This document shows, piece by piece, positions 1-10,083 of a stretch of DNA of 64,000 nucleotides. Every line of letters starts with the position of its first letter. Position 1 is the first letter of the stretch. Source of the DNA: an uncultured Actinomycetota bacterium (GTDB lineage Bacteria > Actinomycetota > Thermoleophilia > Solirubrobacterales > Solirubrobacteraceae); contig CAVOUS010000008.1 in NCBI GenBank assembly GCA_963699675.1, positions 1,126 to 65,125 of the forward strand, written 5' to 3'. The notes under the pieces were generated by a model, which was given only the letters and a program-made list of their open reading frames with translations, did no database searches and was not told where the DNA came from. Made by a program: the position numbers and the translations under genes.

Positions 1-1105
1 TGCGGCTCGGTCAATGGCAGCGTGAGCCTCGGTTCCGCGGTCCGCGATCACTTTCGTGCGCAGATCACCGTTGGGGGCGGTCGCCCACGACCCGATGATC
101 TCGCCGTTCCACCACAGGGTGGGGCCGATGTTGCCGGCGCGGTCGAATACGTGGCCTGGGTCTATGCCGAGGAACCAGTCGCGGGTCTTCCATCCCATTG
201 GGGTGGGGTCGAGCGCCGGCAGCAGCGTCGCGGTCGGGGTGCCCGCCGCCTCATCGGCAAACTCCCCGGGCGCGCTCGCGAGGACGATTCCGGCTTGGCC
301 GTGCAGGTCGACTTCCTCGATCGCGAGCTCTTGGAGCGCGCGGCGGGTGGTGGTCTTGTTCCATCCGGTCCACCACTGCAGGTCCTCGGTTCTCGCCGGG
401 CCGAAGCGGGCCAGCCAGCGGCGGGCGAGATCGCGTTGCGCCTCTATCGGGTCGATCGGTGGTAGGCCCTGCGGCCACCAGCGTGAGGCCGGCTCCCAGC
501 GATGATGACGGCTGGTCCAGGCTCCGGTCGGGGTGCCGCGAACGATTCGCCCGCTGGCGCTCATGAGGGTGAGCAGGGACGTGGTGACGTTCTGCGGTTG
601 ATCGGACGGCGCTCTGGCGAGGATGAGCGTCCTTAGCGCCGGCTCGTCATCGGCCAACTGCGCGCCGGTGGCCGTACCGCGTCGCGTGAGCGTTCGGTCG
701 ACGTGATCCTCAAGGTCGGCCAGCCACCGGCCAACATCCCCGTCGATGATCGGCTCGCTGCCGTTGCGTTGCAGCTGGCTGACGAGGCGTCGACGGAGCA
801 TCGCGGCCAGGGGCGTGCTGACGGCGGCTTGCACGGTCGGGATGTCCTCGCGCGCGAAGACGAACAGTGTGCGACGCATCGCCATCCACCGCACCAGGCT
901 GCGCCGCTCATACATCGCGTCGGCGACATCGGCCAGGGTCGATAGCGGCGCTGCGCGCGAGCACGGACAAGTAGACCGACGCCGGATCGCTCGCATGCAA
1001 CGCGATCAGCGCTCGCGTCACCGCCTCTGGACAGTCAGCATCGCCTGCGAGATGGTGTCGATGCACCATCGCGCGTCGTCGTTCCTGCACCGTGATCGTC
1101 CGCAC
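1..1105 (-). pseudogene. AlkZ/HTH_42-family (winged-helix DNA glycosylase-like) gene, frameshifted near 940, runs off the window
   Basis: GTG at 1105 after an AAGGAGG RBS gives MRTITVQERRRAMVHRHHLA...LHASDPASVYLSVLARS. After a frame change it continues STLADVADAMYERRSLVRWMAMRRTLFVF...RWLARFGPA..EDLQWWTGW..LLPALDPTPMGWK..GNIGPTLWWNGEIIGSW, motifs typical of the actinobacterial family. Confidence 0.8.
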
Positions 1106-1155
1106 CTTGGACCTCCTTCATCGGTCTCGTATCAATCGTGCGACATCTTGATAGC

Positions 1156-1187
1156 GATACTTGCACATATCGATATGCATCAGTATC
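1156..1187. promoter_or_regulatory. Interrupted palindrome, likely TetR operator overlapping the -10 box of tetR
   Basis: GATACT-tgca-CATATCGATATG-catc-AGTATC in the AT-rich divergent intergenic region. TATCAT at 1184-1189 lies 7 nt before ATG 1197. Confidence 0.6.
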
Positions 1188-1196
1188 ATTATCGGT

Positions 1197-1847
1197 ATGA
1201 GCAACAGTACGAGAGCCGCAGACACGGAGAACACGGGCACGATGCCCGAGCACGAGCGCCGCTCCCGGGCGGGTCGCAAACGAGACCACAGTCGCGATGG
1301 CGTCATCCTCGAAGCAACGCTGGCCGTTTTAGCCGAGCACGGCTATGACGGCATGACAATCGACATGGTCGCCGCCCGAGCTGGCTCGGCGCGGGCGACC
1401 GTCTATCGGCGTTGGGCGACCAAAGCCGAACTCGTGCTCGAGGCCGTGGCGCAGATGAGCCGCGGCGACGTCAACCTGGATCAGCTGCCGGACACCGGCA
1501 CCCTGCGCGGGGATGTCACCGCCATGATCCTTCCCCTCAGCGACCAGGCGCAGCAGGTCCGCATCCAGGCAATGGCCGCTCTGCTGTCGCTGTCCAAAAC
1601 CGACGGCCGGCTCGCCGACGCCGCAAACGCCGCGGGCATCGGGCCGTGGATCGAGGTCAACCGCATCCTGATCCAGCGCGCGGTCGACCGCGGCGAGTTC
1701 CCGCCGCCAAGCGACATCGACACACTTGCCGAGCTCATCCCCATGATGTGCGTCTCGCGTGCTGTGCAACAGCAACCGATCACCCGGGAGTTCAGCCTCG
1801 CACTGATCGACGGCGTGATCATCCCCGCTCTGCGCGGCGGCCCCTGA
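1197..1847 (+). CDS. TetR/AcrR-family transcriptional regulator
   Basis: ILEATLAVLAEHGYDGMTIDMVAARAGSARATVYRRWATKAELV HTH; C-terminal PDTGTLRGD motif. Confidence 0.93.
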   Translation: MSNSTRAADTENTGTMPEHERRSRAGRKRDHSRDGVILEATLAVLAEHGYDGMTIDMVAARAGSARATVYRRWATKAELVLEAVAQMSRGDVNLDQLPDTGTLRGDVTAMILPLSDQAQQVRIQAMAALLSLSKTDGRLADAANAAGIGPWIEVNRILIQRAVDRGEFPPPSDIDTLAELIPMMCVSRAVQQQPITREFSLALIDGVIIPALRGGP

Positions 1848-2021
1848 TCTCACGGCTGCAAAGGCCGCTCAGGGAGTCGAACCGGCCCTGAACCGACAAC
1901 AAACCATGCCTCGGCTCACGGCCCGAGGCCGGGACATCGATCGACCGCGTCCGGGCGCCTCGCCCGGAAGGCCGGGCGCACCCGTGCCCGGAAAGCCACA
2001 CCTAACGAAAGGCAGACCAGC

Positions 2022-2450
2022 ATGAGCGTTAGCACCACCACTCACGTCAACTTCCGCGGCCAAGCCCGGGAAGCGCTCGAGTTCTACCAGTCCGTGTTCG
2101 GTGGCGAGAGGTCGATCGCCACCTACGCCGACATCCACGCCGTCGAGGAACCCGCCCAAGCCGACCACGTTGCCTTCGGACGCGTCGACGCGCCGAACGG
2201 CTTCACCATCATGGCCTACGACGTGCAGCCGTCCAAGGGCTATGACCCCGGCGAGAACCCCTTCTACATCACCCTGCAAGGAACCGCGGGCGACGAGATC
2301 CAACCGCTGTGGGACGCCCTAGCCGACTCGGCGACGACCATCCTCATCCCGCTCGCGCCCGCCCCCTTCGCTCCCCTCTACGGCATGCTCACCGACCGCT
2401 ACGGCGTCACCTGGATCGTCGGCGCCGACACCGCCCCGCAAACTGACTGA
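2022..2450 (+). CDS. VOC/PhnB-like glyoxalase family protein
   Basis: HVNFRGQAREALEFYQSVFGG and PFAPLYGMLTDRYGVTWIV motifs; GAAAGG RBS. Confidence 0.92.
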   Translation: MSVSTTTHVNFRGQAREALEFYQSVFGGERSIATYADIHAVEEPAQADHVAFGRVDAPNGFTIMAYDVQPSKGYDPGENPFYITLQGTAGDEIQPLWDALADSATTILIPLAPAPFAPLYGMLTDRYGVTWIVGADTAPQTD

Positions 2451-2501
2451 CCGTGCCGCCGGTGAGGTGGCAACCCGCCCCCGCCCACGCGTCCAGCGCG
2501 C

Positions 2502-2726
2502 TCACGCCGCCTGCTCGACGCCTGGGCCTCGCACAATCCACCAGCCGCGGCGGAAATCCTCGATGGCGAGGCACCGCTGCGCGCCGGTAACGCTGTCGCG
2601 GAACACGACGCAGCCGGTCGCGCCGATCGCGACGACCTCGACCAGCGACCCGCCGTCGGTGTAGTAGCCGCCGACGGGGACGCGTCGGCCGAGAGCGCGC
2701 TTCTGCTGAAAGTCGAGCAGGCTCAC
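2502..2726 (-). CDS. Small hypothetical protein (74 aa from GTG 2726)
   Basis: Protein-like sequence VSLLDFQQKRALGRRVPVGGYYTDGGSLVEVVAIG...WWIVRG; start overlaps the stop of the upstream ORF (GTGA). Confidence 0.5.
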   Translation of the reverse strand: MSLLDFQQKRALGRRVPVGGYYTDGGSLVEVVAIGATGCVVFRDSVTGAQRCLAIEDFRRGWWIVRGPGVEQAA

Positions 2727-2899
2727 GGGACCTCCAGCGCCGACTGGATCGTTGCGGGCGCGAAGCCGGGGAAGGCCATCGACGGTCGGCGTGCGAGGCG
2801 CGGCTGCTCGTCTTGCTCGCCGACCTGCTGCCGGCACTGGCGCGGTCGGATCTGGCAGGAGTCGCCGGGAACGTCGTTATTGGGGAATCGTCGCGCCAT
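2723..2899 (-). CDS. Small hypothetical ORF coupled to the 2502-2726 ORF
   Basis: ATG 2899 to TGA 2723 with a 4-nt overlap onto the next start; no family recognised. Confidence 0.3.
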   Translation of the reverse strand: MARRFPNNDVPGDSCQIRPRQCRQQVGEQDEQPRLARRPSMAFPGFAPATIQSALEVP

Positions 2900-3610
2900 G
2901 GCGGATGTATCGGCTGGCTGCGAGGGGTACATAAGCTGTCGGACATGCCCAGCTGCTGGCCTATTCCAGCCGAGTCCGGCTTCAGCTGACTCTCATTGTC
3001 CCGACCCGGACGTGCGCGACGGGGAACTCTGGACCCGTCCGTGGTCTAGTCGGCGTGGGTGAGACTGTCGCCCAGCGGCGTACGGTAGGAGAGGACTGAG
3101 CGTCCGCTGCGGCGTTGCCGGGACGAGTTCGACGTCGAGGAGGGTTTTGGGGTGTCCGCCGACTGAGCCGAGGCTGTGCCGGTCAGCGCGACGCAGCTGG
3201 CTGGTGCTTCGCGGTTCTGCCCGCTGGTTGAGAATGGGTGCGCGCGGGACCGATCGGTCCGGCCAATGCGCGCGATCGCGAGGAGGTGGGGGCGTTGGCG
3301 AGAATCCGGCGGAGGGGTAGATGGTCGCGTAGCGGTGTGGCTCGGCCCAGGTGGCGAGCGGTGGGCGTTTGGTGGAGGGGATGAACATCAGCTCGGCGTC
3401 GGTGATGGCGCGTGGCGGCGGAAGTCGAAAGCGGCCGACCCGAGCCTGATGAGATGCTCGTCTCTCGCCTCGTGAAAGTAGGCGATGCGGACATCGAAGT
3501 CGACGAGCTCCATCGCGCGGATGACCAGCCTCCCACTCCGCGATTGGCGAGCGGTGGTCGTCGATCATCCGCAGGCCGGCGCGGTGGGGACACTGCGTCG
3601 GTGCCGAGGG

Positions 3611-3868
3611 TCAGCGGAACGTATCGGCGGTGACGCGATCGACTTCGGTGATCGCGTCCGCCGGGATGCCCGCCCGCTTGGCGGCGGTGAGGATCGCGTC
3701 GGGGCTCGGCGCCTCGTAGAGGCAGTAGGAGCGGTGCCGATCGGCGCTCAGGAAGGAGAACAACCAGCTCACGCCCTCGTCGGCGTTGATGTGTTCGATC
3801 AGCGTCACGTCGTCGCTCGTCAAGTCGAGCTGTTCGGCGAAGTTGCGTTCGATCAGGTACGTCGGCAT
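3611..3868 (-). CDS. DUF4242 (SCO4226-like, nickel-binding) protein
   Basis: MPTYLIERNF...WLFSFLSADRHRSYCLYEAPSPDAILTAAKRAGIPADAITEV signature; TAGGAT 7 nt upstream of the ATG. Confidence 0.88.
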   Translation of the reverse strand: MPTYLIERNFAEQLDLTSDDVTLIEHINADEGVSWLFSFLSADRHRSYCLYEAPSPDAILTAAKRAGIPADAITEVDRVTADTFR

Positions 3869-3878
3869 GGCGGCGATC

Positions 3879-6860
3879 CTAGCGCGCGTCGGTCCGGTTG
3901 ACCAAGGCGTGGTTATAGGCGTAACCCGCCGCCTCGGTGCGGTTCGCCACCCCGGTCTTGCGCAGGATGCTGCGTACGTGATTGGCGACCGTGTGACCAC
4001 TGATGCAGAGTTCCTCCCCGATCTCGCGGTTACTCCGTCCGGTGGCGACGAGTTGCAGGACTTCGACTTCGCGCCAGGACAGATCGTCAGGAAGCGTGCG
4101 CGCGCGGTCGATCCGGGCTCCGAGTGCAGTCGCGCGCGCCAGCAGGGTCGGCATGCCGACCCGCTGCGCAAGGTTCGCGGCCTCGGAGAGCAGCCCGGAC
4201 GCGTGGAGGGCATCGGGGCTGTGGCCCCGCATCTGCAGCGTTCGGCCGTACGCGTACAGGGTGTGGGCGACCCACGTCGTCGCACCCATCTTGCGATTGA
4301 CGGTCAGAGCCTGCTCAAAGTGCTCGATCGCTCGGCCGTGATCGCCCAGCGTCGAAGCCAGCAGACCGAGATAACGGTCAGCGGCGCCGTAGCAGGCGAC
4401 GCCATGGCCGATCGCCACGGTGCCGCCGGCGAGGGGCGCGAGCTCGGGGTAGAGCAGCGCGGCGAGCGTCTCGTCGCCGACCGCGGCGCACGCATCAGTC
4501 AGATAGGACAGGGAGGCCACCCAGAGCCCGGAGCGGAGTTCGTCAAACCCGGTTTCGCGCACCCGCGTGAGCTCGTGGCGGGCCTCGTCTTCCATTCCGA
4601 GCTCGGCCAGCAGCGCCGCGTAACCCGGTCGCCATGCGCTGCTCGAATGGTCGCCGGCGGCGAGGATCCTGGTGACTGGGGCCAGCTCGGCGAGGCGCCC
4701 CTGCTCGCGGCGGACGCCGAACATCTGTATGCCGTAGGTGCCCGAGGCGGGCCGGGCCGTGAGCAGCTGGCTCCATTCGTGCGAGCGCCGCGCGGCGGCC
4801 TCGGCTTCGGCCAGCCTGCCAGCACACAACGCCAGCGTCGAGGCGAAGCTCTCGACGACGTGTAGCGTGAATGGCTGGCGCAGGCGAACGGCCATCGCCT
4901 GGCCGTCGGCGAGTTCGACCTCGGCCCTGCTCAGATCGCCCAGAGCGATCATGCAGGCCACCCGCCATCCGATTGCCTCGGCCTGCAGATCGCTCTCGCC
5001 TAGGCCTTCAGACAGGTCGCGGGCTTCGGCCAGTGTCGCCAGCGTCTGCTCGGGATCGCCCTCGACGCGTGACCAGTAGGAGCGCATCAGCACCGTCGCG
5101 AGACCGAGCCGATCACCGAGCCGGCGCGCCATCGCGATCGCCCTCCCCTCGGAGACGGCGCTCGCCGCGTAGTCGCCCGCGAACGCGTGCGCACGGGCGA
5201 GGCCGGCGAGCAGCATGACGCGGAGCTTGGAATCTCCGTCGCCGACCCCGAGCGATGCCTCCTCGAGCAGTTCGGCCGCGCCCGCGTCGGTGATCCCCGG
5301 AGGCCAGCAGGCCTCCTCCAAGCCGACCGCGGCCGTCGCGAGCATCTCAGCGTCGGCGAGCTCGCGCGCGATCTGCGCTGCAGCGCGGAACGCTTCGATC
5401 GCCTCGCCCGATCGACCAGCGCGGTAGCGAGCGGTTCCGAGCTCGAGCTGCAGCGCCCCGCGCCGTCGCGGATCCAGCACATCAAACCCCAGGGCGGACG
5501 AAAAGCGGGTGTCGGCCTCATCGAAGTCCAGCGTTCTCAGCGCGTCATGGCCCGCGAGCAGGGAGTACTCGACCGCGCGTCGAGGTCCGTCGATCGGCGC
5601 CGCGGCGCCGAAGTGGTGGGCGAGCTCGGCAAGGCCACGGGTCTCGCTGGTCGTGTGCGCGCGCTCCAATGCCTCGGCGACCCGTAGGTGCAGCTCGGCA
5701 CGCCGCAGGGCCGGTATGCGATCGTAGAGCGCACGGCGCACCAGCTCGTGGGTGAACCGGTAGACAACCCCGCGCGCCGGCACCTCCTCGATCATCCCGT
5801 GCGCGATTGCCTGTTCGAGAGCAGCGTGCAGCTCCGCTTCGGCCAGCCCGGACTGGTTGATCACGGTCAGGTCGAATTCCGGGCCGGCGACGGCGGCCAG
5901 CTCGAGCAGCGTCGTGGTGGCGGTGCTCAGGCGCGCCAGCCGCTGGCTCACGACCTCCCGCACTCCCTCCGGGCTGCCAAGCTCGGCGGCCGCGCGGGCC
6001 AAACGGACGTTGCCGTCGTGGACCGAGAGTGTCTCGGTCTCAAGCAGGGTGCGCCACAGCTCGGTGATCAGGAACGCGTTTCCGCCGGTCAGGTCGCGCA
6101 GTACGCGGGCGAGTTCGGGGAGCTGGGGCCCGAGGTCACCCTCGACCGCATGATCGACGAACTCCGAGATCTCCGCGGCGCTGAGTCCCGCCAGTCGCAG
6201 CCGTACGACACCTTCCGCGCGGCGCAGGTCAACCAGCGCCGCCGAGAGTGCCTGCGGAACCTCGGCCTCGGTGTCGCGGAAGGTGGTGAGCAGCAGCGCG
6301 CGGGCCTCCGGTGCGCCGCGGGCCAGATGGCGCAGCAGCAGCAGCGTCGGCGTGTCAGCCCAGTGCCCATCCTCGATCACGAGAACCACCGGCGCCCGCC
6401 GGCCGACAGCGGCGAGCAGATCGCCGACCGCGCTGTGCAGCCGGTGGCGCTCGGTGTCCGGATCGGCCGCGAGCGGAGCCGGCAGCTCACCGACCCGCTG
6501 CGCGAGGTCGGGCAGCAGGCGCGAGAGCTCCCCGCCCGCGGCGCCGAGGTCGGCGCGCAACGTCGACGGGTCGGTGCTGCGCACGAGCTGATCAAGCGCC
6601 TCCACGAACGGCCGGTAGGGCCGGCGTACGACCGCGTCACAGGCGCCGTAGAGCACGATCGCACCACCGCCGGCGGCCTCCTGCGCGAACTCGCGGACCA
6701 GGCGGCTCTTGCCCGAGCCGGCCTCGCCGCCGACCAGCGCGAATCGCAGTCCCTCTCCCGCCGCGTGCGGAATCAGCGGCCGCAGCGTCGCCAGCTCGCG
6801 GGAGCGCCCGGCGAACGGAAACGACGGCGTCAGCCGAAGCGGACCGGGGAGCTTGGACAT
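3879..6860 (-). CDS. Large STAND/AAA ATPase-TPR-LuxR transcriptional regulator (MalT/LAL-like)
   Basis: FAGRSREL, Walker A GEAGSGKS, Walker B LVIEDGHWAD, GGNAF, helical repeats, C-terminal LSWREVEVLQLVATGRSNREIGEELCISGHTVANHVRSILRK. Confidence 0.93.
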   Translation of the reverse strand: MSKLPGPLRLTPSFPFAGRSRELATLRPLIPHAAGEGLRFALVGGEAGSGKSRLVREFAQEAAGGGAIVLYGACDAVVRRPYRPFVEALDQLVRSTDPSTLRADLGAAGGELSRLLPDLAQRVGELPAPLAADPDTERHRLHSAVGDLLAAVGRRAPVVLVIEDGHWADTPTLLLLRHLARGAPEARALLLTTFRDTEAEVPQALSAALVDLRRAEGVVRLRLAGLSAAEISEFVDHAVEGDLGPQLPELARVLRDLTGGNAFLITELWRTLLETETLSVHDGNVRLARAAAELGSPEGVREVVSQRLARLSTATTTLLELAAVAGPEFDLTVINQSGLAEAELHAALEQAIAHGMIEEVPARGVVYRFTHELVRRALYDRIPALRRAELHLRVAEALERAHTTSETRGLAELAHHFGAAAPIDGPRRAVEYSLLAGHDALRTLDFDEADTRFSSALGFDVLDPRRRGALQLELGTARYRAGRSGEAIEAFRAAAQIARELADAEMLATAAVGLEEACWPPGITDAGAAELLEEASLGVGDGDSKLRVMLLAGLARAHAFAGDYAASAVSEGRAIAMARRLGDRLGLATVLMRSYWSRVEGDPEQTLATLAEARDLSEGLGESDLQAEAIGWRVACMIALGDLSRAEVELADGQAMAVRLRQPFTLHVVESFASTLALCAGRLAEAEAAARRSHEWSQLLTARPASGTYGIQMFGVRREQGRLAELAPVTRILAAGDHSSSAWRPGYAALLAELGMEDEARHELTRVRETGFDELRSGLWVASLSYLTDACAAVGDETLAALLYPELAPLAGGTVAIGHGVACYGAADRYLGLLASTLGDHGRAIEHFEQALTVNRKMGATTWVAHTLYAYGRTLQMRGHSPDALHASGLLSEAANLAQRVGMPTLLARATALGARIDRARTLPDDLSWREVEVLQLVATGRSNREIGEELCISGHTVANHVRSILRKTGVANRTEAAGYAYNHALVNRTDAR

Positions 6861-7028
6861 TCCAGGAGAGTTGCCGGCACCAATAGTCAGGTCTGATCAT
6901 GCCAGGCCCGACGGTCAGCGTTCAACTCCGGCGAAAGTCGGTCAGACCAGGTCATGACAGCGCGGGGACGGTGCCGTAGGTTGCTCTCCGGGCCGACCGG
7001 CCCACGGCCATCTACACCGGGGGAGATC

Positions 7029-8426
7029 ATGACCACCACCACGTCCCTTGCCGCGATCGCGCGGCGCGACCTCGCCGATCTCGACGACCGCATCGTCGGC
7101 CCCGGCGACCCGAGCTACGACGAAGCCCGCGCCGTTCACAACGGCATGATCGACCGGCATCCGGCTCTCCTGCTGCGGTGCACAAGCGCCGACGACGTCG
7201 CGCGAGCCATCACGTTCGCGCGTGCCCACAGCGCGCCGATCGCGGTGCGCGGCGCTGGACACAACGGCGGCGGTCTTGGCATCGTCGACGATGGCGTCGT
7301 CATCGACCTTGCCGGCATCGCCGGGATCGTGGTCGACTCCGAGGCCCACACGGTGCGTGTGGGCGGTGGCTGCACCTGGGGTGAGGTCGACCAGGCGACC
7401 GCGCAGCACGGGTGCGCGACGCCGTCAGGGATCATCTCGACGACCGGCGTCGGCGGGCTCACGCTCGGCGGCGGGCTCGGTCACCTCACGCGGCGCTTCG
7501 GCCTCACCATCGACAGCCTGATCGGCGCCGATGTCGTGCTCGCCGACGGATCTCAGGTCCACGCGAGCGCCGACGAGCACCCCGAGCTGTTCTGGGCGCT
7601 ACGAGGCGGCGGGGGGAACTTCGGCGTTGTCACATCGTTTGAGTTCCGCACCCACCCGGTTGGTGCCGCCGTGATGGCCGGGCCCACCTTCTGGCCAATC
7701 GAGCAGCTGCCGGAGGCGATGCGCTTCTATCGCGAGTTCATACCCTCCGCTCCGCGCGCCGTCAACGGCTTCTTTGCGGCGATGACGGTGCCGCCGGCGG
7801 ACATGTTCCCAGCGGAACTGCACCTGCGGAAAGTCGCCGCCGTGATGTGGTGCGTCGTCGGCTCCGAGGAGGAGGCGACGCGCCTGCTCGCGCCGGTGCA
7901 CGACGTCGGCACGCCGCTCCTGCATCACGTCGGACCGGTACCGCACCCGGCCCTACAGAGCCTCTTCGATGCGCTCTACCCCAAGGGCCTGCAGTACTAC
8001 TGGCGCGCGGACTTCGTCAACGAGCTCTCCGACGAGCTGATCGATCAGCACCTGACGTGGGGCCAGAAGCTGCCCACGATGCTGTCGGCGATGCACCTCT
8101 ACCCGATCGACGGCGCCGCGCACGACGTCAGCAACACCGACACCGCCTTCAGCTACCGCGACGCGCGATACGCCGAGGTCATCCTCGGAGCCGACGCCGA
8201 CCCGGCCAACGCCGACGCGATCCGAGACTGGACCGTGGGCTACTGGGACGCAACCCACCCCTACTCGGCGGGGGGCGCGTACGTCAACTTCATGATGGAC
8301 GAAGGCCAGGACCGCGTCCGCGCCACCTACCGCGATAACTACAACCGCCTCGCCCGCATCAAGACGCAATACGACCCGGACAACGTCTTCCACGTTAACC
8401 AGAACATCCAGCCCGCGGCTACATGA
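7029..8426 (+). CDS. FAD-binding oxidoreductase (FAD_binding_4 + berberine-bridge BBE domain)
   Basis: AVRGAGHN covalent-FAD motif, GVGGLTLGGGLG, LRGGGGNFGVVTSF, YVNF, KTQYDPDNVFHVNQNI. Confidence 0.93.
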   Translation: MTTTTSLAAIARRDLADLDDRIVGPGDPSYDEARAVHNGMIDRHPALLLRCTSADDVARAITFARAHSAPIAVRGAGHNGGGLGIVDDGVVIDLAGIAGIVVDSEAHTVRVGGGCTWGEVDQATAQHGCATPSGIISTTGVGGLTLGGGLGHLTRRFGLTIDSLIGADVVLADGSQVHASADEHPELFWALRGGGGNFGVVTSFEFRTHPVGAAVMAGPTFWPIEQLPEAMRFYREFIPSAPRAVNGFFAAMTVPPADMFPAELHLRKVAAVMWCVVGSEEEATRLLAPVHDVGTPLLHHVGPVPHPALQSLFDALYPKGLQYYWRADFVNELSDELIDQHLTWGQKLPTMLSAMHLYPIDGAAHDVSNTDTAFSYRDARYAEVILGADADPANADAIRDWTVGYWDATHPYSAGGAYVNFMMDEGQDRVRATYRDNYNRLARIKTQYDPDNVFHVNQNIQPAAT

Positions 8427-8664
8427 CGACGACACGCCGCGAGTGGTGTATGCCGAGGTCCGCGCCTCGGCTACGACGGCGTCAGCAACCACTACAAACG
8501 CGTGACGGCCAAGTCACCACGCGTGTCCATCGTCTCAGGGGTATCGATCAGCAGACGCCCCGAAAGACGCCGGCGACCATCGCACAAGGGAACGTTGAGC
8601 GAACGTCATGCCAGATCGTCGGGGCTGGGCAGCGCTTGACGGCTGCGTCGGCGAGAATCGTGGG

Positions 8665-9429
8665 ATGGAGCGGGTGCTCTATGACCGGATCGGTCGCGGC
8701 TATGCCGCGACTCGCCAGACCGATCCGCGGCTCGCCGCGCTGATCTGGGACGCGTTGGGTGACGCGGAGACGGTGCTCAATGTCGGTGCGGGCGCGGGCG
8801 CGTATGAGCCGCCGGACCGGACGGTGTTGGCGGTCGAACCGTCGGCAGTGATGCTCGGCCAACGCCCGGCGAATGCCCCTCCAACGGTGCAGGCGAGCGC
8901 CGAGGCGCTGCCGTTTGCCGACGATAGTTTCGACGCCGTCATGGCCGTGCTCAGCGACCACCATTGGCGTGACCGGCGCCAGGGGCTGCGGGAACTGCGT
9001 CGGGTGGCACGCCGTCGAGTCGTGCTGTTCAACGCCGACCCAGCCGAAGCCGAGCGGTTCTGGCTCACCGTCGAATACCTACCCGGTTTCCTTGACCTGA
9101 TCCCTGGTCGCTATCGCGTTGCCGGTGGGTGGCAAACCGAACTCGAACAGTCGTTAGGGCCGGTCCGGCTGATCGCCGCGCCCATCCCGCATGACTGCGT
9201 CGATGGGTTCTACGGCGCGTTCTGGCGTCGCCCCGCCGCCTACCTTGATCCGTCGGTTCGTGACGGGATCTCAGTGTTCTCTGCCCTCAATGCCGAAGAC
9301 GTCACTCGGGGCATCCACGGCTTGGAGGCCGACGTGCGCTCGGGTGCCTGGGACGAGCGGCACGTTGACATTCGCAACCGATCAGAACTGCACCTGGGCT
9401 ACTACGCAGTCACCGCCGAAGTGAGCTAA
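8665..9429 (+). CDS. Class I SAM-dependent methyltransferase
   Basis: YDRIGRGY, VLNVGAGAGAYE, AVEPSAVM, AEALPFADDSFDAVMA, HHW. Confidence 0.88.
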   Translation: MERVLYDRIGRGYAATRQTDPRLAALIWDALGDAETVLNVGAGAGAYEPPDRTVLAVEPSAVMLGQRPANAPPTVQASAEALPFADDSFDAVMAVLSDHHWRDRRQGLRELRRVARRRVVLFNADPAEAERFWLTVEYLPGFLDLIPGRYRVAGGWQTELEQSLGPVRLIAAPIPHDCVDGFYGAFWRRPAAYLDPSVRDGISVFSALNAEDVTRGIHGLEADVRSGAWDERHVDIRNRSELHLGYYAVTAEVS

Positions 9430-9528
9430 CCGAACCCAGAGATGGTGTCCTGAGCCTAACGCTGAGCGATCGGTCGGCCTGAGGAATCGGGCTGTCACGT
9501 TTTCGATCGCCCGTTACATGTACAGGAC

Positions 9529-10083
9529 ATGAACCACCTCAAAGCGAGCGACGCGGAGCTCCTCGTGGCCTCCGATAAGGATGCCGCGGCGTTTCGCGCC
9601 CTCTATAACCGCTACACGGAGCAGATCAACGGCTATCACCTGCGCCGTTGCCGTGACGAACAGGCGGCGGTTGACCTTACGGCCGAGACGTTCGCCCAGG
9701 CGTGGTGCGCACGGCGAGCGTTCCGAGACGAGGGGGGGAGCGCGGGGCCGTGGCTGTATGGGATCGCCCGCAACGTGTTGCTGCAGTCGGTCCGCCGCGA
9801 GCGCTTGGAGGATGGCGCCCGCCAGCGGCTCGGCATGCTCGAGCACACCGACCATCCGCCCGCCGCGCCCGAGCAGAGCTGGCTAAACGGTGTCGATGAG
9901 CTGCTCGACGAGCTGCCGGCCGATCAGCGCAGCGCGCTGGAGCTACGCGTCCTGGAGGACCTGTCGTACGTGGGAGTCGCCTCGCGGCTCTCGATCACAC
10001 CCGAGAACGCGCGGATGAGGGTCCATCGGGCTCTTAGCGCACTGCGCCGGGACCACTCACTCAGCACTGGAGAAGAGCAATGA
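9529..10083 (+). CDS. ECF RNA polymerase sigma factor
   Basis: DAELL..AFRALYNRY, DLTAETFAQAW, GPWLYGIARN (region 2); LPADQRSALELRVLEDLSYVGVASRL..ARMRVHRAL (region 4). Confidence 0.92.
   Translation: MNHLKASDAELLVASDKDAAAFRALYNRYTEQINGYHLRRCRDEQAAVDLTAETFAQAWCARRAFRDEGGSAGPWLYGIARNVLLQSVRRERLEDGARQRLGMLEHTDHPPAAPEQSWLNGVDELLDELPADQRSALELRVLEDLSYVGVASRLSITPENARMRVHRALSALRRDHSLSTGEEQ

Noticed and set aside
2993-3600. Possible integrase-like tail (QRTL..SSPTVRRWA across frames) and several overlapping ORFs
   Set aside because: Resemblance needs frame-hopping and lacks RH and GH motifs; too weak to call
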